Source of the DNA: the human T2T-CHM13v2.0 reference genome, Homo sapiens
Assembly: GCF_009914755.1 (NCBI RefSeq)
Contig: NC_060928.1
Strand: one strand, 5' to 3'
Length of the DNA stretch: 64,000 nucleotides
Positions 1 to 14,320 of this stretch are shown here, piece after piece. Position 1 is the stretch's first letter, and the number at the start of each line of letters is the position of its first letter. The translations under genes were made by a program, and so were the position numbers. The notes below the pieces were generated by a model that worked only from the letters and a program-made list of their open reading frames with translations, ran no database searches and was not told where the DNA came from.

Positions 1-112
1 TGACCCCTGGCAACCAACCACTGACCTGACTGCAATCACTGTAGTTTTACCTTTTCTAGAATTTCATACAGACAGAATCATACAGTACACAATCATTTGT
101 ATGTGGCTCCTT

Positions 113-693
113 GTATTAATTTTGTATTGCTGTCTTAACAAATAACCACAAACAGCAGCTTAACTCCCACCCATTTATTATCTCACAGTTCTGTGGGGCT
201 GAAGTCCAGCTGCAGTGTGGCTCAACCTGGACCTCTGCTTAGATTTCACAAGACCATAGTCATCAGGCAGCCCTGCACTCCTTGCTAGAGGCCCTGGGGG
301 AGAAGCGATCCCCAGGTTGCTTCAGGTTGTTGGCAGAATTCCACACAGTTGTAGGACTGAGGTCCCCATTTCCTTGCTGGCTGATAGCTGGGGGCCATCC
401 TTAGTTCCTAGAGACCTGTCTCCAATCCTTGCACATGGCTTTAAAATGATCCTCAAGGATCATTTTGACTTCCTCTTCTGCTGGGTCTCCATGACTCCAG
501 CTAGAGAAACTGCTGTGCTGTTAAGGGCTCATGTGATTAGACTGGGCCCACCTGCATCACCCAGGATAATTTTACATTAACGTATTTAGCCTTATTGACA
601 TTTGCAAAGCCCCTTTTACCATTTAATGTAGCATATTCACAAATTCCAGAGGTTGGGGTGTAGACATCTTTGGGAGGGCATTCTACCTGCCAC
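113..693 (-). mobile_element. MaLR solo LTR, MLT1-type
   Basis: Starts tgtattaattttgtattgctgtcttaacaaataaccacaaa...atttattatctcacagttctg, ends ctacctgccaca. Confidence 0.8.
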
Positions 694-879
694 AGAGCTT
701 TCATTTAATATAATTATTTTAAGATTCACCCATGATGTTGTATGTATCAATAATGCATCAATTTTTACTGCTGAGTAGTATGTCATTATAAGGATATAAC
801 ACAATTTGTTTCTTCATTACCAGTTGATGGACATTTGAGCTGTTTTTAGTTGTTGTCTAATAGTAATGAAGTCACTATT

Positions 880-1417
880 ATTGGAGGTCAGGAAATGATA
901 CCCTAAAGTATGACACTTTGACACCCTGAGTACTTTGAACTAAAGAAGCAGCCTCACAGCCAAGGTCTCTCTGATCTTTTCCAGGTCCCTCACCCATCTC
1001 TTGCCCCTTTGCTTCATCTGAAGTGCAGAGAAGTGCTTGCTGTGACATTCTTTTATCTAAGGGGAGTTTCTTCAGAAGATACGTAGTTGCCTTGAGCCCT
1101 CTCCTATATCCCAGACAAATTTTGTCCCAGGCTGCGTCTGGTTTTTGGTTCGTTTTTTGTTTTTTTGCCCATTCATCTCCCCTAAAAATTATTTACTCTT
1201 CCCCTAAATGTGCCTAAAGGCTTCACATTCCTTCTCTTCCATGAAGAAAGACACAGAAGCTTCTAAACCTCATGGGGTTAATAGGTCTCACTTTCCTGTG
1301 ATGCCCCTGGGCATGTGATAAATTTATACGCCTTGTCTCCTGTTAGTCTATTGTAAGTTTATTTCTCACTCAAATATCAACTCTCAATACGAAAGAGAGA
1401 GGGTTATCTCCCCCCAA
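880..1417 (+). mobile_element. ERV1-class solo LTR (MER34-group-like)
   Basis: gaaatgataccctaaagtatgacactttgacaccctgagtactttgaactaaag start; ataaatttatacgccttgtctcctgttagtct poly(A) region. Confidence 0.55.
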
Positions 1418-2260
1418 TGTTATGAAACATTTTTATACAAATCTCTATGTAAATGCCTATTTTAACTTGTGTGTGTGTAAATACCTAAGAATAGAATGGT
1501 TGGGTCACATGGTAAGAGTACATTTAACTTTAGAAGAAAGTGCCAAATTATTTTCCAAAGTGGCTGTACCATTTTCCTTATTCACTAGCAATATATGAGA
1601 ATTCTAGTGGTTCCACATCCTCAGAATAGTTAGTATTGTCAGTCCAAAAAAAAAAAAAAAAGCCCCTCTAATAGGTATGGAGTGGTATTTCATTGTGGTT
1701 TCAATTTGCATTTCTCTAATGACTAATGATGTTAGATATCTTTTCATATGTTTATTTGCCACATATCTTTTTTGGTGAAGTCTGTTAAATTTTGTTTGTC
1801 CACTTAAAAAAATGGGCAAAATTTTGTTTGTCCACTTAAAAAAAAAAACAATTCTTACTGAATTATGTGAGTTCTTTATGTACTCTAGATACAAGTTCCT
1901 TCTCAAATATGTATTTAGCATACATTTTACTCAGAGTCTGTGACTTGCCTTTTCATTTTCTTGACAGAGTGTTTTGAGGAGTATGTGTCAATAATTTTAT
2001 TGTGTCAGTGTTTTAATTTTGATGAAGTTCAATTTATTGATTTTTACTTTTATGGTTGTTGCTGTTTTAAAAATCTTTGCCTATCCAAGGATCACCAAGA
2101 TTTTTTTTCTCTGTTTGCTTCTACAAACATTAGACTTTTAGCTGATTTATAGGTTTGCGATCTATTTTGACAATTTTTGAACATGCTGTGAGATAAGGAT
2201 TGATTTCATTTTTTTTTGTTGTTGTTGCATGTGGCTATCTGTAATATTATGAAACACATA

Positions 2261-2696
2261 CAGTTGCCCCTTGAACAACACAGAGGTTAGGAGTGCTGAC
2301 CCCCTCATACAGTTGAAATTTTACATATAACTTTTGACTCCCCAAAAACTTTACTAATACTGTTGACTGGAAGCTTTACTGATAACATAACAGTTGATTA
2401 CCACATATTTGTATATTATGTGTTTTACGTACTCCACTCTTACAATAAAGTAAGCCAGAGAAAAGAAAATGTTATTAAGAAAATCATAAGGAAGAGAAAA
2501 TATATTTACCATTTATTAAGTGGAAGTGAACCGTTATAAAGGTGTCCATTCTTATTGTCTTCATTTTTAGTAAGCTGAGGAGGAGAAGAAAGGGGAGGGG
2601 TTAGTCTTGCTGTCTTAAGAGTGGCAGAGACAGAAGAAAATCTGCATATAAATGGACCTGCCACAGCTCAAACCCATGTTGTTCAAGGGTCAAGTA
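2261..2696 (+). mobile_element. Tigger2a (MER28) TcMar DNA transposon
   Basis: TIRs ta|cagttgccccttgaacaaca ... tgttgttcaagggtcaagta. Confidence 0.85.
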
Positions 2697-2828
2697 TAAT
2701 CCATCATTATCAATTACCGAGAAAAGAATGTTGAAATCTCCAACTATAATTGTGAAATTGCTCTTTATTTTTTCAGATCTATCAGATTTTGTTTCATGTA
2801 CATTTAAACCCCGTTATTAGACACATAT

Positions 2829-3178
2829 TGCTATGGTCTAATGTTAGATTCCCCTCAAAATTTGTATGTTGAAACCTAATTCCCAAGGTGATGGTAGTAA
2901 GAGGTGGAGCCTTTGGGGAGTGACTAAGTTATGAGGACAGATTCCTCATAAGTTGGATGGGTGCCATTATAAAAGAGGCCCCAGAGAGTTGCCTTTGCCT
3001 TCCCACTATCTGAGGACACATACAAGGTACCATCCGTGAGGAACAAGTCCTCATGAGATACTGAATCTCCTAGTACCTTTATCTTAGACTTCCCAGCCTC
3101 CACAACTGTGGGCAATTTCTTGTTTACAACTTACCCAGTAGACGGCATTTTTGTATAGCAGCTCCAACAGACTAAGAC
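2829..3178 (+). mobile_element. MaLR solo LTR (MST/MLT1A-like)
   Basis: tgctatggtctaatg...gactaagaca; flanks catat/catag (degenerate 5-bp TSD). Confidence 0.8.
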
Positions 3179-3222
3179 ACATAGCGTGTATGTTTCAGAT
3201 TTTTAAGTCCTGATGAATTTAC

Positions 3223-3500
3223 TTTTTTTTTTTTTTTTTTTGAGACAAGGTCTTGCCCTGTTGCCCAGGCTGGAGTACAGTAGTGTGATTACAGCTCACT
3301 GCAGCCTCGACTACCAGGCTCAGTGATCCTCCCACCTCAGCCTCCTGGGTAGCTGGGACTACAGGTGCACACCACCATGCCCAGCTAATTTTTTGTATTT
3401 TTTGTAAGGATCATGTTTTGCCATGTTGCCCAGGCCAGTCTCGAATGCCTGGGCTTTAGCAATCTGCCTGCCTTGACCTCCCAAAGTGCCGGGATTACAG
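3223..3500 (-). mobile_element. Alu (AluJ-like)
   Basis: poly-T then gagacaaggtcttgccctgttgcccaggctggag...cccaaagtgccgggattacag. Confidence 0.92.
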
Positions 3501-4431
3501 CCTACTTCTTTATTTTTATAAAATGACCTTTTTATCCCTGGTAGTGTTCTTTGTTGTGAAATATATCTTGTCTGATATTAATAACCATGCCAGCTTTTAA
3601 AATTCATTTTGGCATAGTATACTTTCCTATTCTTTATTTTAACTTACATAGCTTTCTATTTAAAGTGGGTTCCTCATAGACAGCATTTAGTTGAGCCTTG
3701 TTTTCATCCATGTTCATAATCTCTGCCTTTTAAGTTGGGTGTTTAGCCTACTATACTTAATGTAATTACCAGCATGGTTGGTTTTAAATCTACCATTTTC
3801 TTTTTTGTTTTCTGGTGCTTTTTTTCCTCATTTGTACTTTATTACCTTTTCCTTCTTTTCCTGTCTTCTTTTGAATTGTGATTTTTTATGATCTCATTTC
3901 ATTGGCCTTTGTTTTGTTTTCATTTCTAGTATTTTTTGTTTATCCTTTTTTTTTAATTGGTTAAAGTTTACAGTATGGCTTTCACTTGTTAGAGTTTACC
4001 TCTAAATAATAATATATCACTACATTTATAGTTTAAGAACCTTATTTGAGTGTATGTTCATTCTACTCTCCAACCTTTGTGCTACTGCTTGCTATCTACA
4101 TTTCACTTTTACATATTTGTAAACCTCACAAAACATTATTACTTTTAACAATCAGTGATCTTTTAAAGAGATTTAAAAATAAAAAATATATTTTATATAC
4201 ATATTTACTATATTTTGTGTTCTTCATTCATTTGTAATATCCAAGTTTCCAACTGTATAATCCTTTTTTTCTGCTGTCTAAAGGACTTCTTTTCAAATTT
4301 CTTGTAGTGCCAGTTACTGGAAATAAATTTTCTCAGCTTTTATGTACATATAAAGACTTTTTCAGAGTGTCACCCTGCTGTTTTGGCTCACATTTTTTAA
4401 CGAGAAGGCTACTGTTTGTTATGTTTATCTT

Positions 4432-4656
4432 TTGATATAGGCTAAATTTTACACACACACACACACACACACTGTACCCCCAAATTAATATGTTGAAGCC
4501 CTAAACCCCAATGTGGCTGTATTTGGAGACAGGGCTTTTAGGAAGTAAATAAGATTAAATGAGGTCATAAGAGCAGAGTTTGAATTTTATAGGATTGGTG
4601 GCCTTGTAAAAAGAAAAAGAGAGATATGTCTCTCTCTCTCTTTATCTCTCTCTCTC

Positions 4657-4694
<38 letters not shown>

Positions 4695-4885
4695 TCCATG
4701 TATACACACTAAGGAAGGGCCATGTAAGGTCACAGCAAGAAGGCAACCATCTACAAACCAGATAGAGAGCTTTCATCAGAACCTGACCAAAATTCCTTTG
4801 TTATTATTATTGCTTAAATAAATTTCTGCTGTTTAAGCCACCTATTATGTGGTATTTTATTAGGCAGCCTGAGCTGACTAATACA
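4432..4885 (+). mobile_element. MaLR solo LTR (MLT1A-like) carrying (CA)n, (TC)n and (TG)n microsatellites
   Basis: tgtacccccaaattaatatgttgaagccctaaacccc...gctgactaataca; STRs at about 4451-4472, 4629-4658, 4660-4693. Confidence 0.8.
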
Positions 4886-5157
4886 TCTTTACTTTTCCAT
4901 ATGTAATATTTCTGTTTCACTTTTAAGATTTACTCTTTATTACTAGGTTGCAGCATTTGGTCGTGCTGTGCTTTTGTGTTGTTTCTTTCATGTTTTCTGC
5001 TTGGGGTTTGTTGAGCTTCTTGAATCTGTGGGTTTATCATTTTCATCAAATTTATCAAATTCATCAAATTTAGAAAGTTGTGACCATTAATTTTTTCAAG
5101 TAATTTTTCTTCCCTCCCCAACCTACCTTTTCTGGTACTCCAATTATAAATATATTA

Positions 5158-5290
5158 GGCCGCGCATGGTGGTTTATGCCTGTAAGCCCAGCACGTTGGG
5201 AGCCGGAGGCAGGTGGATTGCTTGTGTACAAGAGTTTGAGACCAGCCTGGGCAATCTGGTGAAACCCTGTCTCTACAAAAACTGCAAAAC
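5158..5290 (+). mobile_element. Alu left monomer/FLAM
   Basis: ggccgcgcatggtggtttatgcctgtaagcccagc...ccctgtctctacaaaa. Confidence 0.8.
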
Positions 5291-5814
5291 TTATATTTTG
5301 TCCAGCTTTATATTTGTTTAAAGATGGGGAAGTAAATCTGATTCTTATTATTCCATCATGTTAAGGAGGTAGAGACTTTAATGTTGTTTGAACAACTGTT
5401 GAAGAGTTGTTTTATGTATCTGAAGTATGGGAAATAATTAATCAACTAGGAAAATATTAGAACTTATTATTAAGTTAATTCCAACTGGGTCAAACTGTTG
5501 TTTGATACAATTAGGCAAAAGATATAATTTTATTATTAGAAAACAAAAATTGACTGTGTCTTGAAGGTTCCAAATTTTTGTCTTAAATACAATAAGATGT
5601 TTTTATATCAACCATTTTTTTCCTGTTTCTATACCACCACAGTCACTAAATTTGCATAAAATGTTTGGCAGTTTCTACGACTGTACTCCTGCGTGCTATG
5701 CCTGCACTACTGGAAGAAGTTTTGATGTTAGCTACTAGACGTTTAGATCTTCACTTGCAAATATCTAGCATAGTTTCCTTGCTCAAATCCCACAGATAGA
5801 ATTTCCTTTCTCTA

Positions 5815-6120
<306 letters not shown>

Positions 6121-7460
6121 AGAATTTCCTATCTTCAGTTAGTATCTAGTAAATGCTTAACACTTCTAAGCATACCTTCAAACTGATAAGTGAAAACAGA
6201 GCTGTAAAAATCTCCTTTTGCACAAAGCACTATTATTTAGTTATTTTAGATGAAAGCATTTGTGTATTGTTATATGGCAACTTCTTTGGGGAAAGCAGCA
6301 TGTCTTGTACATATAGCTATATCCACAGAGACTATGCTGAGCATATAGTGAGTGCTGCAAACATTTATAGAAATCAGTGAACAGATTGCTGTTTACACTC
6401 AAAAGATACTCAATGATCTTTGATAATAATTTACCAATAAGTCTCAGAGCCTGTTAATTCTTGCATTTTCAGCTGAGCATCCAGAAAGTTGAGAGAATAA
6501 AAATGATGAAGTACAGCCTGAGTATAATTAAGGATTATAATTAATATCTGTTGTTCAGAAGCCCTTATACAGTGGTCTATTAAAGTCTGGATACAAAAAT
6601 CTAAAAAGACTGGATTGCTGGCATCAGACTGAATTCCTAGAAGTGAATTTTTAACCTTAAAGATAAAACTTGATTCTGGGGGCATGTATTTTTATGGTAC
6701 CATAATTTAACCTATCTTAATTAAGATTATATTCCATTAGCTATATTTTTTCTTATATATTTTGTCACTCATTTTGCAATTTCATAGTTAAATATTACAA
6801 AAGAAAAGTTGTAAACATTTTGGCTGCCTTTAAATGTTTGCTGAACTTTGCTTGTCAGCAGCTGGTCACTGCTATGTACTGTCTGTCTTTTTAACCAAGC
6901 CCAAATTGGAAAGAAAATAACAGATGATCAGTTAATTATTTTTCTGTGTGTATGTGTGTTTAGCTGTCTTTCAAAGGCATCGACCATAAGCATTGCTTAT
7001 TGGTAGTCATCTTTTTTGGTTGCAAACTAATCGACTGGCAAAAATAAAATAGATCCTACACAAGGGATTTAGAAAATATTTTATAAAAAAGAATGCCAAT
7101 AGCAATGCTTATAGGAACTAGACCATACATGTAGAACAAAGCATGTATTGTGTACTTTGGGAATAAACAATGAAGCTGTTAGCTATATGAATCTTAAATG
7201 ATTACATTAATATGCTGGATGACTTGGGAAGTTGGACAATTGGTCTTTCACTTTTTGTATCTCTCTCTCTCTCTCTTTAACACCTCTATCGTTTTCAATG
7301 GTTTTTCACTTTTTAAAGCTTAGCTCTGTTATATACTCTAGGTCATAGGTATAAATGAATAGAATAATTTCTGTGTTCAATTTATTATAAGTTGTCTATA
7401 ACATATATTTATAAAGGAAACTTTACATTTGATAACGTTTTATGTTTTACTTGAGGCACA

Positions 7461-7655
7461 CAAGCTTGTTTAACCCGACTTATTTTGTTGTTTTTGTTCT
7501 GTTTTGTTTTGTTTTAGGCTTTTAACAGCCTGAAGCCATGGTTTTCTGTTTCTGTCTGGTGATAAGCTTAAAAGAGGGATGAGAAAGGGGATTTACTGGC
7601 CCAACCAGAAGCAGAAACTAAGAATCCATGACTGCATTCTCTCCCTTAGACACCC
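7461..7655 (+). mobile_element. Small hAT-derived DNA element (MER107-like)
   Basis: caagcttgtttaacccgacttattttgttg...cagcctgaagccatgg...ctctcccttagacaccc resembles recalled consensus. Confidence 0.6.
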
Positions 7656-8899
7656 AATAGCTTCTTTCTCCTAGCAGGATAAATATCTTTGTAAATGCTA
7701 AGGCTATCTATGCAAATGTTTCACATTCTTCTTGACAACACTTACTCGATTAATTCCAAGATAGCACTTGTATATTTTTTTCCTTATTTCAAATACAGGG
7801 TAAAGGAAAAGCCTTCGCTATCAAAACATTGTATTATTTTCTCACAGCTCCAGCAATATCTGAGTTAAAAACTAAACAAGCAGTTTCAGATAGTACTTTA
7901 TCAGAAAACAGTGAGGTTCTGCCATCAAGATATGTGATGCATAATGTAATTTTTTTTAATGAGAGAAAGATAGAGCAGAGGGTATTACCATTCCTCCACA
8001 GTCACACAGCAGTTCTAATTGGAATTAAACCCAGACATCTTGACATTCAGTATCTTTCTTGTATCATGGCAATAAATCTATGAATAGCTTTGTATTTATA
8101 AACCCAGATTCTACAGTTATATTACTTGAAGTAACTATTAAACATTTATTTATTCATTTTCAATGTTAGACAGTTGCATTAGTGTAATAATATCCAAAAA
8201 AGCATAAATAGTGCCTACATAACAGATTTTTAAATTAGTTTTCAAATTAGTATTCAAAGCAACTAACTATATTACAACTCAAAAGTACACTCAGCTATGA
8301 TATTGATATAGGCAAAACTATCTGAGAAGAAGCCTCGATGATTTGCCGCTTGAATCACTACTTAAAAGAGAGGTAGAATCAAGGCTAAATGAGCTATGCC
8401 TGTAATATAATGAATTTTATGTCTTTTCTAGTAAGCATCAGATCGTACTCAGTTAGTGTTTGTCTCTTTAAAGTGAGTGCAACAGACTACATATTCATTT
8501 CAATGGATACCGCGATCACTTGGCAAAACTTTGGCACTCCTCCTTTGAAACTGTCTTTCAAAACTGCAACAAAAGCAGGACCAATATTCTCATCTTGCTT
8601 TTACCCCAAATGTAACTATCTAGATTAATCATTCACACACATATTTAATGTTTTTGACGGTTTTTCTTAATCATATCCATGTTAAAAGTTTTGCCACCAT
8701 TGAGCACATTAAAAATAATGAACCAGAGATTCTGAAGAAATTCCTATTAAAAAATTTGAACACAGGCAAAGTAAGTAATTGTCTTCTATAGAGAAGCTCC
8801 CCACACACACATACACAAACACACGTTGAATATTTATGTTCTAGTATCTGTTAGAGTCATATCTTGAATACTAATTAATTAGCAAATACTTATTGACTA

Positions 8900-9095
8900 T
8901 ACCAGAAAAACAATATGGCATAGTAAAAAAGAATTTGGCTTTTTGAGTCAGATTCATCTATGTTGCCACCTATTCTATTATCTTGATAAATTATTTTGAA
9001 ATTTTGAGTTTCTGTATCTTCATTTGTAAAATGGGGATGATAATGCTTATTTTGCAAAGTTGTCATGAAGATTAATGAAGCTAGTTTATCCAAAG
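8900..9095 (+). mobile_element. MIR SINE
   Basis: Core tctgtatcttcatttgtaaaatggggatgataat...gttgtcatgaagattaatga. Confidence 0.75.
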
Positions 9096-9799
9096 GCATT
9101 GAGAACTCAAAATGCAGTGTAAGACAGGTACTTTAAGAAGTCATCTCATTTTAGCCTCAAATCAACTCTTTTTAGGAATACCAGACAAATTAAGTAGCTT
9201 GTTCATGTTTCCATAGTCATTAATCAAATAAATCAATTGTGTTTAATCACTACGCTCTACCCCACCATGCTAGCCATGGTGGGCATCACAGAAGTGAAAA
9301 AAAAAAAAAAAGCACTAGTCTTCCTTATGAGGCTCAGAATCTTTAAAAACCATTCCTGAAAATATAGGAGACCCAGTTTATGGCACAAAAACAGGCTGAA
9401 AACCTAATTTTCCAAAACTACATTATCTAATTGCCCTTTAATTTTCTCTTTTCAGTTAGACTGTTTTTTTCCTTTTGTTTCTGATGCTCTTTAAAATCCC
9501 TACTGCTACAGCAGAGATGAAACTTGTACAAAGTACTAGGTGTCAGAGAAGAGTACCCAGGATGAAACGTCCTTAGCTTGTTATGCAAAAAAGAGATTGC
9601 TGTAATTTGTGATGATCACACTGGAATAGTAACTAGCTATAACTTCATAGTAAAGCAGTCCCTCTTGAAGTCCCTGTCACTGGACCACTTGACAGGATAG
9701 TGAAACTGACATACAGCAAGTTTCTCTTGCTACATTATTGAATAAGTATAGCCCATTAAATAGTATAAAAAATAGGATAGGCCATTTTTATTGCCTGGA

Positions 9800-12700
9800 T
9801 TTTTTTATTTGTAAAAACAGCTTTATTGAAGTATAATTGACATATAATAAATTCATCATTTAAAGTATAAAATATGATCAGTTTCAACATATGTATATAC
9901 CTGTGTGGCCATTAGCACAATCAAAATGATGATCATATGCATCAGCATCAAAAGTTTCTTTTTACTCCCTTTATAGTCCCTTCTCCTTGTCCCTTCCTGC
10001 AATCCTCCTTCCCCCAAGCAACCACTAATCTGTTTCCTGTCACTATAGATTAGTGTGCATTTTTTGGAATTTTATACGTATGCATTATGTGTATGGTTTA
10101 TACTCTTTTTTGGTAGGATGGAGTTGACTCATGTTGCAGTATGCATCAATAGTTTGTTCTTTATTGTTGCAGTAGTATTCGATTGCGTGACTACACCATA
10201 GTTTGTTCTTCTGTTTTCCTTTTGATGGACATTGTGATCTTTTCAGTTTTGGGCTATTACAAATAAAGTGTCTATGAACATTTCTGTACAAGTAAATAGA
10301 ATGCTTTTATTCCAGAATGTCTACTCATTTCAAAATAGACATATGCTTTCATTTCTTTTGGGTAAAAACCTACAAGTGGAAAAATTAAATTATATGCTAG
10401 GTGTATGTTTTTTAAACTCCTTTCCAAAGTGATTATACAATTTTACATTCTCACCAGCAGCATATCAGAGTTCCAGTTATTCCATATCCTAGCCAATAGT
10501 TATATGGCAAATACTTATATATCAAACTTCTTAATTTTAGCCACCATCGTAGCTGTAAGACTAATAATGATGAACATCTTTTTATATACTTATTTGCTAT
10601 TTGTATATCTTTTTTGGTTAAGTGTCTGTTTCAAATATGTTTAAATATTTTGTCCAGTTTTTAATTTGGTTGTTTGTTTTATTATTGAGTTTTGATAGCT
10701 CTTTTTATATTCCGGATACAAGTCCTTTATCAGATGTGGTGTACTGAATAACAGCTCCACAAAGATGTTCGTGACCTAATCCCCAGAACCTGTGAACATC
10801 TGTACCCTGCATGGCAAAAGTGACTTTGCAGAAGTGATTAAGTTAGTGATCTTCAGGTGGGGAGATTATCCTGGATTATCTGGGAGACCCTATATGTAAT
10901 CACAAGAGTCTTTATAAGAGAAAGGCAAGAGGGTCAGCATGGGAGAATGCAGGGATGTGACAATGGAAGCAGAGATCAGAGTGCTGTGGCCAGGAGAAAG
11001 AAATGCTGGCAGCCTCTAAAAGCTGGACAAGGTTTCAACACATTCTCCCTTGCAGACTCTAGAAGAAACCAGCCCTGTTGACACTTTGGTTTCCGTCCTT
11101 AAAGACTCATTTTGGACTTTTAACCTCCAGAAATGTATAAGAATATATTTGTATTGTTATAAATTACTAACTTGGTGGTAACTTGTTATAACAGCAATAG
11201 GAAACTAATCAATCAAATAACTACTTTGCAAATATTTTTCCCAATCTGTAATTTGTCTTTTCATTCTCTTAATAGTGTGTTTCAAAACTGAAGATGTGTT
11301 GAATGTTGTTGTAGTCCATTTTGTGAATTTTTCAAATAGTGCTTTTGGTGTAATAGCTAAGAAATCTGTACTTAACTGAAGGACACAAAGAATTTTTTCT
11401 ATATTTTTTCTCTAGATATTTTATAATTTTATATTTTATATTTAAGGGTATGATGAGTTTTGAGCCAATTTTTGTAGAAGATGTGAGGAATGGATTAAAG
11501 TACATTTGTTTCTTTCAGAACCTTTTATTGAAAATACTGCTCTTTCTTCACTGAATTGCCTTTATACCTTGTCAAAAATGAGTTATCCACGTATACGGGG
11601 GTTAATCTCTGGAATCTGTATTCTCTTGCATCGATCTATGAATCTATCTTTGCCGCAATATCACACTGTCTTAATTATTCTAGTGCTTTAATAAGTCTTA
11701 GAGTTAGGTATTATTAGTCTTCCAACTTTGTTCTTTTTTCAAATTAGTTTTGGCTTTTCTAGGATCTTTACATTTTCATAAAATTTTAAAATCAGCCTGT
11801 CAATTTCTACAAAAATGTCTGCTGTCATTTTGACTGAGGTTACATTAAATCTACAGATACATGTCAGTATAATTGATATCTTAACAATATTGAGTCTTTT
11901 GATCCCTGAACATGATATGTCTTCCCATTTGTTTAGGTCTTCTTTACTTTTTTCAGCAATCTTTTGTGGTTTTCATTGTATAGGACTTGCACATATTTTG
12001 TCAAACTTAACCCTAAGAATTTCATATTTCTTGATGCTATTGTAACTAGTACTTAAAAACATTTTAATACCTGATTGTTTATTGCTAGTACGTAGAAATA
12101 AAATTGATTTACGTATACTGATTGTCTATCTTGCAACCTTGCTTAATCACTTATTAGTTCCACATAAACAATGGTGGCTTCTCCAAATAGGGATAGGTTG
12201 GCTTCTTCCTTTACAATCTAAATGTCGTTTATCTCTTTTTATGGCCATTATTGCATTGGCTAGAGCTTCAACATAATGTTGAATAGACATGGTGAAAGCA
12301 GATATCCTTGAATTGTTTGTAATCCTAAGAGGAAGGCATTTAGTGTTACCATTATGAATAATATTAGTCGTATGTTTTTTATAGATGGTCTTTATCAGAC
12401 TGAGAGAGTTCACTTCCACTTCTAGTTTGCCAAGAGTTTTTAATCAGACACGGATGTTAGATTTTGTCAAATGCTTTTCTATGTCTATTGGGATGATCAT
12501 TTTTTGTTGTTAATGTGGTGAATTACCTTGATTAACTTTCTAATATTAAACCAACTTGCATTACTGGGACAAACCTTATTTTGCCATGATGTATTATCCT
12601 TCTTACATATTGTTTATTCAATTTGCTAACATTTTGTTTAGAATTTTTGCATTAACTTAATGAGTTAGGTTGGTATGTAGTTTTAAAGTTTTTCTCTGGT

Positions 12701-14320
12701 TTTAGTATCAGGGTAAACCTGGCCTCATAGGACTAGTTGGAAGTGTTCCCTCCCTTTTACTTTCCTGGAAGAGTTTGTATAGATTTGGTACTGATCACCA
12801 GTTTTCATTAGCCCAGGAGAGAGTTAAATGCAAATTCTATTTATTTCTTTATTAGATACAGGATATTTGAGTTATCTATGTCTTTTTGAATGAGGATGAG
12901 AGCTTGTCTCTTAAGAAATTTTTCCATTTCCTCTAAGTTGTCAAATTTATTGGCATAAAATTGTTCATGATATTTTCCTACCATCCTTTGAATATCTGTA
13001 GAATCTCATGTGATGCCACTCTTATTCCTGATATTGATAATTTATTGCCTTCTCTTTGTTAGATGTGCTGGTATAGTTTTCTTCATTTTCCTTGTGCTTA
13101 GAGTTTGTTTAATTTCTTCGATCTGTGAGTTTATAGTTTTCAACAAACTTGGGAAGTTTACAATATTATTTTTTCAAATTTTTTTTCTGCCCCCTTCCTT
13201 TTCAGGAACTCTTACTATAACTATATTAGGCCATTTGAAGTTGTTTCATAGGCACTGGTGCTATTTGTTTTCTTTTTGTTCTTTGTTTTCTCTGTTTCAT
13301 TTTGGATACTTTCTATGGCTATGTCCTCAAGTGTACTAATCTTTCCTTCTTCAGTGTTCAGTCTGCCATTAATCCTATTCAGTGCATTTTCATTTCAGAC
13401 ATTGTAGTTTCCATCTCTAGCAGTTTAATTTTGTTTTTAAATATCTTCCTTGTCTCTAGTTCACTTTTTAAACTATGGAATATAGTTGTAATTGTTGTTT
13501 TAATATCTTTGTCTATTAGTCCTAACATCTGTGTCAATTCTGCATTGGTTTTGACTGGTTAATTTTTCTCTTTATTGTGTTTCATATTTTCCAGCCTGTT
13601 TGTATGCCTGGTAATTTTTGGTTGGATGTCAGACAGTGTTAATTTTACTTTGTTGAGTGTTGGGATATGGATACTTTTTACATTTTCTATAAGTTTACCT
13701 AATCTTTTTCTGTAATGCAGTTCTATTACTTGGGAATAGTTTGGGTTTTGTCTTCCTTTTAAGATTTATTAGGCTGGTCCAGAGCAATGTTTAGTTCAGG
13801 GATAATTATTTCTCACCACTCAGGTAAGGCCCTTCTGCACTATGAATTATGAGTTTTTCCAGTCTGGTTGGTGGGAAAAGGCACTTTCCTATCCCTGTGT
13901 GAACACTAGGCAGTGTCCTTCTAATCTTTTCAGGTGGTTCCTTTGCTGATTTTCTCTCATGCATTCATGCAGGTCTCTGAAGTCTTCACTCTGTGCTCTT
14001 CTCTCTTCTCCAGTTCTCTGTCCTATGAACTCTAGCCATGTCAATCTACTTGGATTCTCAACCCCATCCCCTCAACTCAAGGAATCTGCTGGGATCCTCC
14101 TGGATTTGCCCTTTCTGCACTGCAGCCTAGGATTTCTCTCAAGTCAGTAAACTGAGGCAATTGTAAGACCCACCTTTTTACTTTCCAGGCCTCAAGGATA
14201 ATCTCCACTGTCTTGAAAAATCATTGTTTCATGTATTTTGTCTGGTTTTTTGGTTGTTTCATGTACGAGGGTAAATTTTGATCCTGTTTCTCTATTTTGA
14301 CCAAGAGTAGAAGTCTGGTT
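9800..14320 (-). mobile_element. Old LINE-1 (L1MC/MD-like), internally deleted, split by an MLT1 LTR
   Basis: 3' end cagctttattgaagtataattgacata; ORF2-like minus ORFs 10085..10291 and 12147..12419; ORF1/5'-type sequence after about 13050. Confidence 0.8.
10735..11211 (+). mobile_element. MaLR solo LTR (MLT1D-like)
   Basis: cacaaagatgttcgtgacctaatccccagaacctgtgaa...cagcaataggaaactaatca. Confidence 0.85.

Larger units (their letters stand above)
1..5370 (-). mobile_element. Old fragmented LINE-1 (L1M-type) interrupted by several younger insertions
   Basis: L1 3'-end-like text at 1-110 and 694-880; minus ORF 1604..1921 'KHMKRYLTSLVIREMQIETTMKYH' (ORF2 C-terminus); minus ORF 4930..5121 'INPQIQEAQQTPSR' (ORF1). 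Confidence 0.75.
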
